Virus record (IMG/VR): IMGVR_UViG_3300026484_000002
Location: 1-64,000 of that record
Source of the DNA: a virus
Direction: 5' to 3' (one strand)
Length of the DNA: 64,000 nt
Below, piece after piece: positions 37,945 to 48,100 of the stretch. Under the pieces are notes generated by a model. It did not search any database. It worked only from the letters and a program-made list of their open reading frames with translations, and was not told where the DNA came from. Position numbers and translations under genes: made by a program. The stretch's first letter is position 1. The number at the start of each line of letters is the position of its first letter.

Positions 37945-38853
37945 ATGGCAAGCACAGAACAATTTATGAAAGAAGCAGTAGGGAACTTAGATGTAGTAAC
38001 TCCATATAGACAACTAGTAGCAGAAACAACTGGTAGAGATAGCTTATATATAAAAGCAAAAGAGACTTTGCTTAGTTATTTTGAACAACCAGAAAATACA
38101 TTATCAGTAAGAGAAAAAACTGAAATGTTATCTAAGCTAATAACTGATATTACAGTGCAAACTACTGATAGGCTAATGTCTATTGCATTACAAGCAGCAG
38201 TTGAAAATAGAGATGCTGGATATAAACTTGCAAAGGAGCGTGAAGCAACATTATTAATCCAAGAACAAACAAACAAAGTAGCTGAAGATATTAGAGCACA
38301 AACATATCAAGTAGATGTAATTTTGCCTAAAGAAGCTTCAAAACTTGATGCAGAAATATTATATACTGGAACCAAAACAACAGAACTTACCGCTGATGGA
38401 TTAAAAGACAGAGCTGTCAAAGATAAGCAAATAGATAAGTTGGTTGAAGATATTGCATATACAAATGAACAAACATCTGTGTTGGTTGCGAATAGTGCAA
38501 AAGATCTACTTATTAAAGATGCACAAATTGGAAAAGCTAATAGCGATAAAGCATTAATTGATGCACAAGAAGCAGAAATACATTTAAATGCAGAATCAAA
38601 TAGAGCTGTAAAATCTAAAGATTTGGAAGTTAAAGATGCACAAAAAGAATTGTATATCAGACAAAAACAATCATTAAATGACAGTCTGCTTAAAGATCTA
38701 TATAAAGAAGCTTCTGGTGGAACAGCAATGGTTTATAGTGAACTAGATGGTACAATATCTACTCCGAATTCATGGAACCAAGTGGATGAGATAGCAAACC
38801 AAATACTTACTTCTGCTGGATCTAATTATCAATTTACAGTTGCAAACAGTTAA
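37945..38853 (+). CDS. coiled-coil virion protein (N4 gp54-like)
   Basis: Helical repeats, QKELYIRQ; Cys-free; synteny. Confidence 0.65.
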   Translation: MASTEQFMKEAVGNLDVVTPYRQLVAETTGRDSLYIKAKETLLSYFEQPENTLSVREKTEMLSKLITDITVQTTDRLMSIALQAAVENRDAGYKLAKEREATLLIQEQTNKVAEDIRAQTYQVDVILPKEASKLDAEILYTGTKTTELTADGLKDRAVKDKQIDKLVEDIAYTNEQTSVLVANSAKDLLIKDAQIGKANSDKALIDAQEAEIHLNAESNRAVKSKDLEVKDAQKELYIRQKQSLNDSLLKDLYKEASGGTAMVYSELDGTISTPNSWNQVDEIANQILTSAGSNYQFTVANS

Positions 38854-38863
38854 AGATTAATTT

Positions 38864-41800
38864 ATGGGAATCTTCAGTGGAAGCAAAACTGTAAACAGAG
38901 GGTATGATATTGTACCCTTGAAAGACAATGTAAAATTACAAGATGACTTATGGAAAAATAGTAAGCTAAGAATGAACAAAGCTTTTATGGATGGAGGAGT
39001 CAATGCATATAATAAACTATCTCATAATATGTATAAAAAGATACGTAAAAAATTCTCTACTTCCTATTTAAAAAAAGCAGGAGTAATAACGGACAATACT
39101 TTTAGTATGCTTGAATTTGATACTGAAAGACTTCAACAATATTTAATTATTGCATCCGGAGATCCAAGTATGACACTTAGCAACTATCAAGTAAATGAAG
39201 TTACGCCATCATATAGTAGTTTGCAAAATATCCTAGGTAGTCTTGTTAAAGTTGAATGTTCTCTTGTTGATGAAGACGATGTTTATTATAACTTTACAAT
39301 TGTTGGAGGAGAAGTAGTAGAAGCTCCTGTTATGGGAACTTCTGTAAATAGAACAATGATTCTTATTGAATGTTTAAATGATAGATCTTATTCTAGCAGA
39401 GAAGTTCCTTTGTCAATTCAATATGAAAAGTTAGAAACAGCAAATGTTACAGGCTTAATGTATCCAAAGGATATGTTTAATTATATGAAAAAAAATCAAT
39501 CAGAACTTTGGTATTGGCTATCAAATCCAAAAGATCTAGTTGGAACAATTAGTTACGATAGCTTACGAGTATCCTACCAAGTAAGTAGTGTGGATCTAAT
39601 TGAAACAACTATAACAGATAATGCAACAAGCACCACAACAAACTTAGGTCTAGCAAACAATATTTCTAAAGCTTTTAATGTTTCAGTATTTTTAACAGGA
39701 AAAGCAAAAGCTATTGATGATGACATAACTGTAACAACTGAGGAAGTTGATTCAGATATTGTTCCTGATAATACGATTACATCAAATACTGAAAGTAGCA
39801 CTGAAGATGGATTTTATAATACATCAGATCCAATTACTGAAACAAATACTACTTCACTAGGTGATTTTAGTGCTTCTTATTCTATAATTGGAGACAGGAT
39901 TACACATGTAACAACCAAGATTGAAGAAACATACTTGCCTGGATCTAGAACCAATAAAGAAGGCAATGTAATTAAAACATATGTAAAAACTACTACTACA
40001 ACTATAATTACAGAATGTGAGCCATCAAATTATTCCATTGAAGTGGAAGTTACACAGCCTATTGTTACATGCTATCCTAAACTATCATATGTAATAAAAC
40101 CTGTTATAACTACAGATGCCTATTCAAATTATGTGGCATTAAATACAAAAAAAATATCTATTAGAGAGTTCATAAATAATCATACAATTCAAGTAGCAAG
40201 TATGGATTATAATATATTTTCCTATGATGATCCAGATTCCACTACAATAAGTCTTAAAAATACTCCAGAAGATATGAATAAAGTGGAACAAATACTTATA
40301 CAAAAAGGTGCAATTGTTCATGAAGATGGATGGGGATATACAAGTGTTGTTGGTCCACTAGTTTCTTATCATGAAGCAAATCATTTTAAATTTAATGTAG
40401 GGCTATTCTTTAATAAGTCTTCTCAAGAAGCTTTAAATCTAGATATTATAACTCTTTGTGGACATAATGAAAATAATGATTATATTAAAGTATCAATTGA
40501 AGTCAAGGATGATATGTATTCAACATCAGAAAATCATTTGCTAACTCCAGTAATACCATTAAGATATGCAGACAGTGTTTTATACTCTAGAAGTAAAGAT
40601 GGCAAGGCAATTAAATATACTATAGATAATTTGAAAAATATAATAACTTCAATTAATCAGTATAGAAACTATCTCGATCCATATGAAATGAAATGGATTA
40701 ATGATTACCCTAGAGACAATAAAGAAAATGATATAAAAACTATACAAGATATAGTAGAAACTATAACTGGTTCTGTTAGTGAAGTTCACAGCATTGTAGA
40801 AGACAATGAAGCAACATTAAAAGAAATAACTGAAGCCATTGTTGATAAGAATCCCCCAAATATTGATGATATACTTACTCAATTGAGCAGTTCTGACAAT
40901 TTTGAAAAAGCAGATAATAAAACTAAAAAACTACAACACATATTGGATCCAATGGGAATCCCAGTAGAAGGATTTGATGATTTAATTGATACAGTAAGTA
41001 CAAATAATGATATATACACTGCTGCTATAATTAGTGGATTAAGACTGTTCAATGAAGACAATACTTTAATAACTGATTCTACTAATGCAAGAGCTAAGGT
41101 TCTACACTTATTTGCTGATTCAATGACAACAAAAAGTATAATTTTAGATACTCCACAAACATTTTCAATTAGTAATTATATTATTAATGCTACATATACA
41201 TATACAGTTGAAAAATCTATAATAACAGATTTTAAAACTACAAATGAATATACATTAGCGACTGAAGGAAGTAAATTAAATAACAAATATTTTATGCGTA
41301 CATCATATGAAGTTGTAAAAACAATAGATGATGGATATAACATATGGAATATAAAGAACCAAATTATATATACATATAAAATAAACAGAGATGGATCTGC
41401 AACTAGATTTAAATTTATAAGTATAGATATGAATTTAACAAGTTATGATGGAAAATATAAAATAAGTACTTGCGATAGCTATGAATTAGATCCATGGTAT
41501 GATACTATTGAAGTTACTTCTCGAACAAACTTGCATAAATTAATTATTGTCTATCCTGAAAGTATAAATAAGAAATTATCATTTCATGAGTATTCTAATT
41601 TATATAATGATAATCTATTTTTATTTGTATATAGCAGAAAAGTAACTCATACCAAATGGTATCAATCTAGCTTTTTTGGATTTGTTCTGATGGTAGCAGT
41701 CATTACTGTTATGGCTTTAACTGCACAACCAGAATTTGCAAGTACTGCTCTTGGTTCATTGATTTCATCTTCTCCAAATATAGCAACTGCTATAGAAGTA

Positions 41801-42361
41801 GGAGTGTTTGGCTATGGAATGGGAATCACTTTTACAAATATGCCAATAGCAATGAGAATTGCTGTTACAATAGCAATGACCTATGCTACTAGAGGGATAA
41901 ACTCTGGATCTATAACTTCAGCTTCAACCTCAGAAGCAGCTACAACAATTACTATGGAAAGTGTAATTGAAAGTATAGAAAATTATTTTACAAATATGTC
42001 TACAATGGACATGGTTACTTTTACTACTGATAAATTGAAAACTGCATATTCTATATATATAAAAGAAAAATTAGAAAGTGAAGCTGATAATGCAAGGAAA
42101 TTTATAGCAGCAGCAACTGAAGCTACTGAAAAACTAGATGACAAATTAAAAGAATTTGATATTCAAAAAGAAAGAGTTTCAATTTTTGCTAGCTTTATGC
42201 TTGATTTTATAGAAGCAGAAACATACAATCAGCTAGCAGTATCTGAAATGTATATGTCAAATGAATTTAATGCTAGTTTGTTAGATTATATATCTAGCAC
42301 TGAATACCAATCAGATATTGCAAAAATACCAAATCTTCCAACTACAGATGTTATGGTATAA
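38864..42361 (+). CDS. large tail protein (N4 gp53-like) with C-terminal hydrophobic segments
   Basis: MGIFSGSK start, KWYQSSFF followed by TM-like helices; synteny. Confidence 0.7.
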   Translation: MGIFSGSKTVNRGYDIVPLKDNVKLQDDLWKNSKLRMNKAFMDGGVNAYNKLSHNMYKKIRKKFSTSYLKKAGVITDNTFSMLEFDTERLQQYLIIASGDPSMTLSNYQVNEVTPSYSSLQNILGSLVKVECSLVDEDDVYYNFTIVGGEVVEAPVMGTSVNRTMILIECLNDRSYSSREVPLSIQYEKLETANVTGLMYPKDMFNYMKKNQSELWYWLSNPKDLVGTISYDSLRVSYQVSSVDLIETTITDNATSTTTNLGLANNISKAFNVSVFLTGKAKAIDDDITVTTEEVDSDIVPDNTITSNTESSTEDGFYNTSDPITETNTTSLGDFSASYSIIGDRITHVTTKIEETYLPGSRTNKEGNVIKTYVKTTTTTIITECEPSNYSIEVEVTQPIVTCYPKLSYVIKPVITTDAYSNYVALNTKKISIREFINNHTIQVASMDYNIFSYDDPDSTTISLKNTPEDMNKVEQILIQKGAIVHEDGWGYTSVVGPLVSYHEANHFKFNVGLFFNKSSQEALNLDIITLCGHNENNDYIKVSIEVKDDMYSTSENHLLTPVIPLRYADSVLYSRSKDGKAIKYTIDNLKNIITSINQYRNYLDPYEMKWINDYPRDNKENDIKTIQDIVETITGSVSEVHSIVEDNEATLKEITEAIVDKNPPNIDDILTQLSSSDNFEKADNKTKKLQHILDPMGIPVEGFDDLIDTVSTNNDIYTAAIISGLRLFNEDNTLITDSTNARAKVLHLFADSMTTKSIILDTPQTFSISNYIINATYTYTVEKSIITDFKTTNEYTLATEGSKLNNKYFMRTSYEVVKTIDDGYNIWNIKNQIIYTYKINRDGSATRFKFISIDMNLTSYDGKYKISTCDSYELDPWYDTIEVTSRTNLHKLIIVYPESINKKLSFHEYSNLYNDNLFLFVYSRKVTHTKWYQSSFFGFVLMVAVITVMALTAQPEFASTALGSLISSSPNIATAIEVGVFGYGMGITFTNMPIAMRIAVTIAMTYATRGINSGSITSASTSEAATTITMESVIESIENYFTNMSTMDMVTFTTDKLKTAYSIYIKEKLESEADNARKFIAAATEATEKLDDKLKEFDIQKERVSIFASFMLDFIEAETYNQLAVSEMYMSNEFNASLLDYISSTEYQSDIAKIPNLPTTDVMV

Positions 42362-42362
42362 T
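42354..42362 (+). promoter_or_regulatory. extended -10 promoter
   Basis: TGGTATAAT upstream of the ejection-protein genes. Confidence 0.5.
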
Positions 42363-42396
42363 ATGAATAATAAAAATACAAACAGGAGAACAAAAT

Positions 42397-42948
42397 ATGG
42401 CACCTTTATATAATTCTACAGGTCAAGTTAACAACGGAATGGGTGGGTTTACAAATGTTATTCCACAGCCTAGAACCTATAGCGGTGTTGGACTTTCATC
42501 ATTGGATCTGCCTGCTACAGGAAATATGCCTTGGGCAGGTTATAGTAATAATACTCCTGAACTTTCTTTTTTAGACAAAACTGAAAATTATTTTAAAAAT
42601 GATTTTCTAAAACCAACTACCGAAACTGTTCGTACAGTAAATCCTGATGGAACTATATCCATGAAAACTATAGATGGTGGATTGTTAAGCTCTGATGCTG
42701 CTAAAATAGGTCAAGGACTATATGCTGTAGGTATGGATGGCTTTAATATATATAACACTAATAAAAATTACAAATTACAGAAAAATAGATTTAATTTAAT
42801 GAAAAAAGAGGCTGCAGCTAATTATGGATTAAGTGCTAAGAAGTTTAATAATGCTATTGCTGATAAAAATGCTGCAAGAGAAGCAGCTAGAGCTTCAGGG
42901 TTCAGAGTTAGAGATGTGCATTATGACACTGCACCTGTAACACTTTAA
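42397..42948 (+). CDS. internal virion/ejection protein (N4 gp52-like)
   Basis: 183 aa, Gly-rich amphipathic segment then basic helix; Cys-free; synteny. Confidence 0.65.
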   Translation: MAPLYNSTGQVNNGMGGFTNVIPQPRTYSGVGLSSLDLPATGNMPWAGYSNNTPELSFLDKTENYFKNDFLKPTTETVRTVNPDGTISMKTIDGGLLSSDAAKIGQGLYAVGMDGFNIYNTNKNYKLQKNRFNLMKKEAAANYGLSAKKFNNAIADKNAAREAARASGFRVRDVHYDTAPVTL

Positions 42949-42957
42949 AGGTTAAAT

Positions 42958-45096
42958 ATGCAATCACAATTTTTAAAATATATGAATGATCTAAACAATC
43001 AAAATCAAAAAAGAATGGATAAAGAATACCAATATTCTCAAGATTTCTTTAAAAACAGCATGCTTCTAGATGCAAACAATAGAGCTAAATATGAAGCAGA
43101 AACAAAAGGTATGGGTCAAGCTGATAAGGTGAAGGAAGTTATGGATAGTATCACTTCTAGAACCAATAAACTTGACAATACTAAAGCAATGGATGAAGTA
43201 AACAATATTTTTGGTCAAGCTACACAAGACAATACTCTTGATAATTATGTCAAACAAATTGATAATGACAAAAGATATAATGATATGATGTCTGTTACAA
43301 AAGGATTGGATCCAACTAGTGAAGAAGCTGAGAAAAAACGTATTCTAGGCGATAAATATGATGATTATTTAGCTCGTACTAAAAAGATAGATTCTAACTT
43401 GGATCTATTAAATAGTAAGGCAGGCACTGGGTATGAAAATATTCTATATGGAGTTGATGCAGATACTGCAAAATCAACTGTTGCTAATGAATTGATGAAT
43501 GGTGGAGTAAATCCTGTTTATGCAGAGAACCTTGCAGCATCATTATCCGTTCCTTATGTAAAAAAACCTAATGTATCTAAGCTTACTGATTTAGATAAAG
43601 CATTAATAGAACATGCAGATAAAGTAAAGAAAGACATATACAGTAATGCTAATACTTTTGAAAATGCATCATCTATCGCAAGCGGAAAAAGCACTAAAAG
43701 AGATCCAAAAGATAAAAATGGTTTTAAAAATTATTACTTAACAACTGCTCCAGTTAATGATTATAAAAACGATTATCCAGCATTTCAAAATTATGTTATA
43801 GAAAAATTAGATGCAGAACCTTCTGTTGTTCTTGATAGATCTGTTAACGATATATATAAACAATTTAATGCTCCAGTAAAACTAAAACTTGGAAAAGGAA
43901 AAACGAAATCTGTATACTTGCCAAAAGAAGCCCTTTATAAATATGTTACTGATAATTTAGAACCAAATATTGGTACATCTAATGAAATTAAAAATATAGA
44001 TCCAGATACATTTGAAAAATGGAGAGAACAAAAAGCAAAAGAAATGTTCAATCAAGGTTTGATTAACGATTCTTATTCTTTAAAATCTTTAAATCTTACT
44101 CCAAAAGATGAAGTTACTAAAAAAAGTAAAATATCAGGAAAAAGCTTAACCAAGGAACAAAAATCTACCATTAAAGCTTCTAATAATCTTATAGCGAATG
44201 TATTCAGCAAATATAAAGGAGTCACAGACAAACAAATAGTTGATGACTGGCTAGGAACAAATTATAGTACATTAAAAACAGAACCAATTAAAAAAGAAGA
44301 AAATAATAATAATAGTAGCATTATAAAAAAAGCTTTTGAAAAGAAAGTTTTTAAAGAACAAGGAATTGAAAAGAAAGTTAATAACGAAAAAGTTAACAAT
44401 GAAAAAGTTAATCCATTAATTCAAGAATTAAATAGCAAAAATGGAGCTGCAAAAGTATATGATATCTTTAAAGGTACAGAACCAAAAACTCTATTATCCT
44501 TAGTAAATAATGTAAATAATAAAGATTCTAAAAAATTGTTAAGTGCAGTAAATAGTTTTAATGTGGATCATCCATTTAAAGATTTAAATGAATTAAAAAC
44601 AGAATTAAAAGAAAGAATACTGGTTAATAAATCTAATGAAGAAACTAAAAATTATTCTTCAGAACATCCTGTATATTTTACAAAAAAAGACAAACCATAT
44701 GATTTTGATTTGCTAATGAATCAAACATTACAAAATATAAAAAATGATAAATCTATATCAAAAATGAGAGAAGGTGCATTGATTTCTGAATTAAATAAAT
44801 ATTTAAGACAAAAAGATATTGCTAAATCAAAAATAGATAATAAAATACTTGATACGCTGATTAACACTGGAGCTAGTAGTGGAAAGTTTATAGCAAACAC
44901 CATAAACCAACTTAAACCAAAAAATGATCAAATAGATTTATCTATTTTTGAAAAAAAAGCTATTAGGGCTAAAGAAAAAAGAAAAAGTGATGCCAAAAAA
45001 AGACATAAACAAGTAACTTCTCATAATCGTGTTGAAAAAGATTTTGAATCACTTCCATATAAAGATTTACATAAATATTTATACAATAATAAATAG
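42958..45096 (+). CDS. internal virion/ejection protein (N4 gp51 position)
   Basis: 712 aa, Cys-free, directly upstream of the vRNAP locus. Confidence 0.65.
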   Translation: MQSQFLKYMNDLNNQNQKRMDKEYQYSQDFFKNSMLLDANNRAKYEAETKGMGQADKVKEVMDSITSRTNKLDNTKAMDEVNNIFGQATQDNTLDNYVKQIDNDKRYNDMMSVTKGLDPTSEEAEKKRILGDKYDDYLARTKKIDSNLDLLNSKAGTGYENILYGVDADTAKSTVANELMNGGVNPVYAENLAASLSVPYVKKPNVSKLTDLDKALIEHADKVKKDIYSNANTFENASSIASGKSTKRDPKDKNGFKNYYLTTAPVNDYKNDYPAFQNYVIEKLDAEPSVVLDRSVNDIYKQFNAPVKLKLGKGKTKSVYLPKEALYKYVTDNLEPNIGTSNEIKNIDPDTFEKWREQKAKEMFNQGLINDSYSLKSLNLTPKDEVTKKSKISGKSLTKEQKSTIKASNNLIANVFSKYKGVTDKQIVDDWLGTNYSTLKTEPIKKEENNNNSSIIKKAFEKKVFKEQGIEKKVNNEKVNNEKVNPLIQELNSKNGAAKVYDIFKGTEPKTLLSLVNNVNNKDSKKLLSAVNSFNVDHPFKDLNELKTELKERILVNKSNEETKNYSSEHPVYFTKKDKPYDFDLLMNQTLQNIKNDKSISKMREGALISELNKYLRQKDIAKSKIDNKILDTLINTGASSGKFIANTINQLKPKNDQIDLSIFEKKAIRAKEKRKSDAKKRHKQVTSHNRVEKDFESLPYKDLHKYLYNNK

Positions 45097-45111
45097 ATAT
45101 TCCAAGTGAAA

Positions 45112-45155
45112 GCGTACCTATGCTATAATGTCATAATATAATACTAAAGGTACGC
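45112..45155 (+). promoter_or_regulatory. extended -10 promoter inside an SD-sequestering inverted repeat
   Basis: GCGTACCT...TGCTATAAT...AGGTACGC, then ATG at 45157. Confidence 0.6.
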
Positions 45156-45156
45156 A

Positions 45157-48100
45157 ATGGCTAACTATCCTGATGACTTCACTAAAAATACCAATAATGT
45201 ACTGGATCAATTTTCCCAATTAACAGACACCTACAATACTGCTGTTGACGTTATTGGTTCTGTGCCTACTTCTACAAATAAAATCAATCATCTCCAACAA
45301 AAGAAACAACAAAAAATAGATAGACTTAATCCAGATGCTACATTGGATCTATATAATAATATGGATATATATACAAATGAATATGGAATAACTAAAGATT
45401 CATTAAATAGCTATACTCCAGAACAGTTACAAGAAATGCTTGGTTCTAGTGTAAATGATAAAGTATATTATGACGATAAAGAAATAGGTCCATATCAAAT
45501 GAAACAAGATGCTGAAGGAGAATGGAATAAAACCCCTTTTAGTGGCACTACTCAACATGTGTATGTTGCTCCTAGCAAAGATGGTAATATGAAGTTAGGT
45601 TTAGCAGGTGTAGGCTTTAGAGAAAGATATACACCTGGTCTTGCTGCAAAAGAAGGATTGACTACAAATAAAAACTATGGTTGGGCTCCAGGGGAAAAAG
45701 GAGTAGATCCAACAAAAGAACCTTATTTAGATATAGCTCTTCCATATGACGAAGCTTCAAGATTAGAATTCCTAACACACTCAAATAAAGGACAAATTGC
45801 AAATAGAGCAGGTGGTGCTAGTGTTGCTGACTATATAAAAAATGTGAAACCAAATGTTTATGGCAAAGGAGCGAGTGAATATACAACACAAAATGCCCCT
45901 ATGTGGAATATAAATTCCAGCAATACAGATTTACCAGAGCAAGTAGTTACTCCACATATTCCTAAGTTTTTAGGTGATACTAGTACGCCTAGATCAAAAG
46001 CAATAGGTGTAATCCATGATAATGCAGAATACGAAGGTGAGCCTCTGCTAGGACAATTTGCAGATGGAGTTGCTAGAAATGCTAGAGGATTTGCTGGTGG
46101 AGTAGCGAGAGTCATTGGTGATACTGCAAAACTAGCTAATGATTTAGAAACTAGAGCCATTTATGAATCAGCAAAAAGACTTTATGATTTCAATGAGAAA
46201 GATGCAAATGAATTAGCAGATAGATTTCAATTTTTAACAAAAGAAAAACTAGATACCATGGAAAATGCTATAGCTGGTGAAGATTTTGTTACTGCTACAG
46301 CTGATGATACTAAGAAAATGGAAGAGCATCAAAAGAAAGCTTTTAAGGATGTTACTTGGTCAGATCCAAGTTCATATGGTAAAGTCAATTTACCTGAAGC
46401 ATACAATATGTTTAAGACAGGTTTATCTAGCCCAGAAATGACTTTTAAATCACTAGGCTATATGCTCGGAAACCTAATAGGTCTTCCTGAAAAAGCAGCA
46501 ATCAAAATGGCAGGCAAAGGAACTTTAAAAGCACTTGAGTACAATGCAAAAAAAGATGTTGCAAAAGAGATGTTAAGCAAAGCTGCCAAGACTGATAAGC
46601 TAATTGCTGCTGGAAAAATAACAACTGAAGATGCTGTAAAAAAAGGCATGACTTTATTGGATCCAGCCAAGAAAGCCATGTATGAAAAAACTATTCAACT
46701 TAGTGACAGAGCATTAAGTAAAATTCCAATTAAAAATAAATTCAATGCATTCGTTGCAAAAAATGCAAACATACTACATCTTGGAGCTGTAACTAATGAA
46801 CAGGATATGGATGATTACTACGAAAAACACGGTGAAAGAGCATCTCTACAACATGCATTATTAGGTTTTGCTGCAAATGCTGTAGGAGCAAAAATAGACT
46901 TATGGGCTGATAAAACTGCATTAATGGGAACAAAAGAAGGCTTTTCTGCATTAATTAAAAAAGCAGGTAAAACAAGAGCACAAAAGATGCTTACAGGAGT
47001 AATTTCTGGTGCAGCAAAAATGGCAGAAGGTGGTATTGCTGAGCTTCCTGCAGAATATATTCAGAGTGGGATCCAAGCTTTCAATAATACATATAAAGAT
47101 GATAATGCAGCAGAAGCTTTAACCAAAGCATTTCATGATGCAACACAAGGTGCAGCTTTCGGAGCAGCAAGTGGTATTCATATGGCAGGTCCTAGTGCTG
47201 GATCTAACATTATTACAAATACATTTACTGAAACTGATAGTGATAAAAGCTATGAAAATAAAATTACATCTGACACAGAACCAACAAATGCAACTTCTGA
47301 TGAACAGGCACAAGATTTAGCACTTGATAAGCTCTATACACACTTGCATGAAAAAGGAGAACCATTATCTGAAGAAGATAAACCTTTGGCTCATGCATCA
47401 GTTGAGCGTCATTTAAACAATACTTTACAAAGTCTTGCATTAGCTGAAGAAAATATAAATGCTGAAATTGCTAAAGAAAATCCTGATACTGAATTTATAG
47501 GTTCTCTCGAAAAAGAAAAAGAAAACCTTGAAGATAAGATTTCTATTTTACTTGATATGCGTAATCATACTGCAGAAGATGGAGTTATTTATAATAATAG
47601 ACCAATAAAAGAAATAGACAATGATTTGACACAAACAATAGAACAACTCAACAATGAGCCTAAAGATCCAAAACTGATTAAGAAAAAACGACAGTTATTG
47701 TTAGAAAAATATATAGCCAGTCATCCTTTAGCAAAAAAAGCCAATGAAAATGGTGAAGATACTGAAGATTCTGAAGCAACTTTCGATACAGTATTGTCAC
47801 AAAAATTATATGGAGGAGTGACCAAGGATGGATATAGAACTGGTATTGTTAATATGGTCACTCCATTGTTTGATGACAGTATAAGTGAACATGGAAAGCG
47901 AGCTGTTAAAAATAATATAGAAAGATTTCTTGAATCTCAATCAGCCAAAGAAAAGGCAATCGAAGCAGCTAAGACTAAATTTGAAGAACAAGGAAAAGAT
48001 GCAGAAGAGAATCCAACACCTGTTATAGCTAGATATTTTACTCCTACAGGTACTGAAGCTACTTTTGAATATAGAGGTATTGCTTCAGAAAAAACATTAG

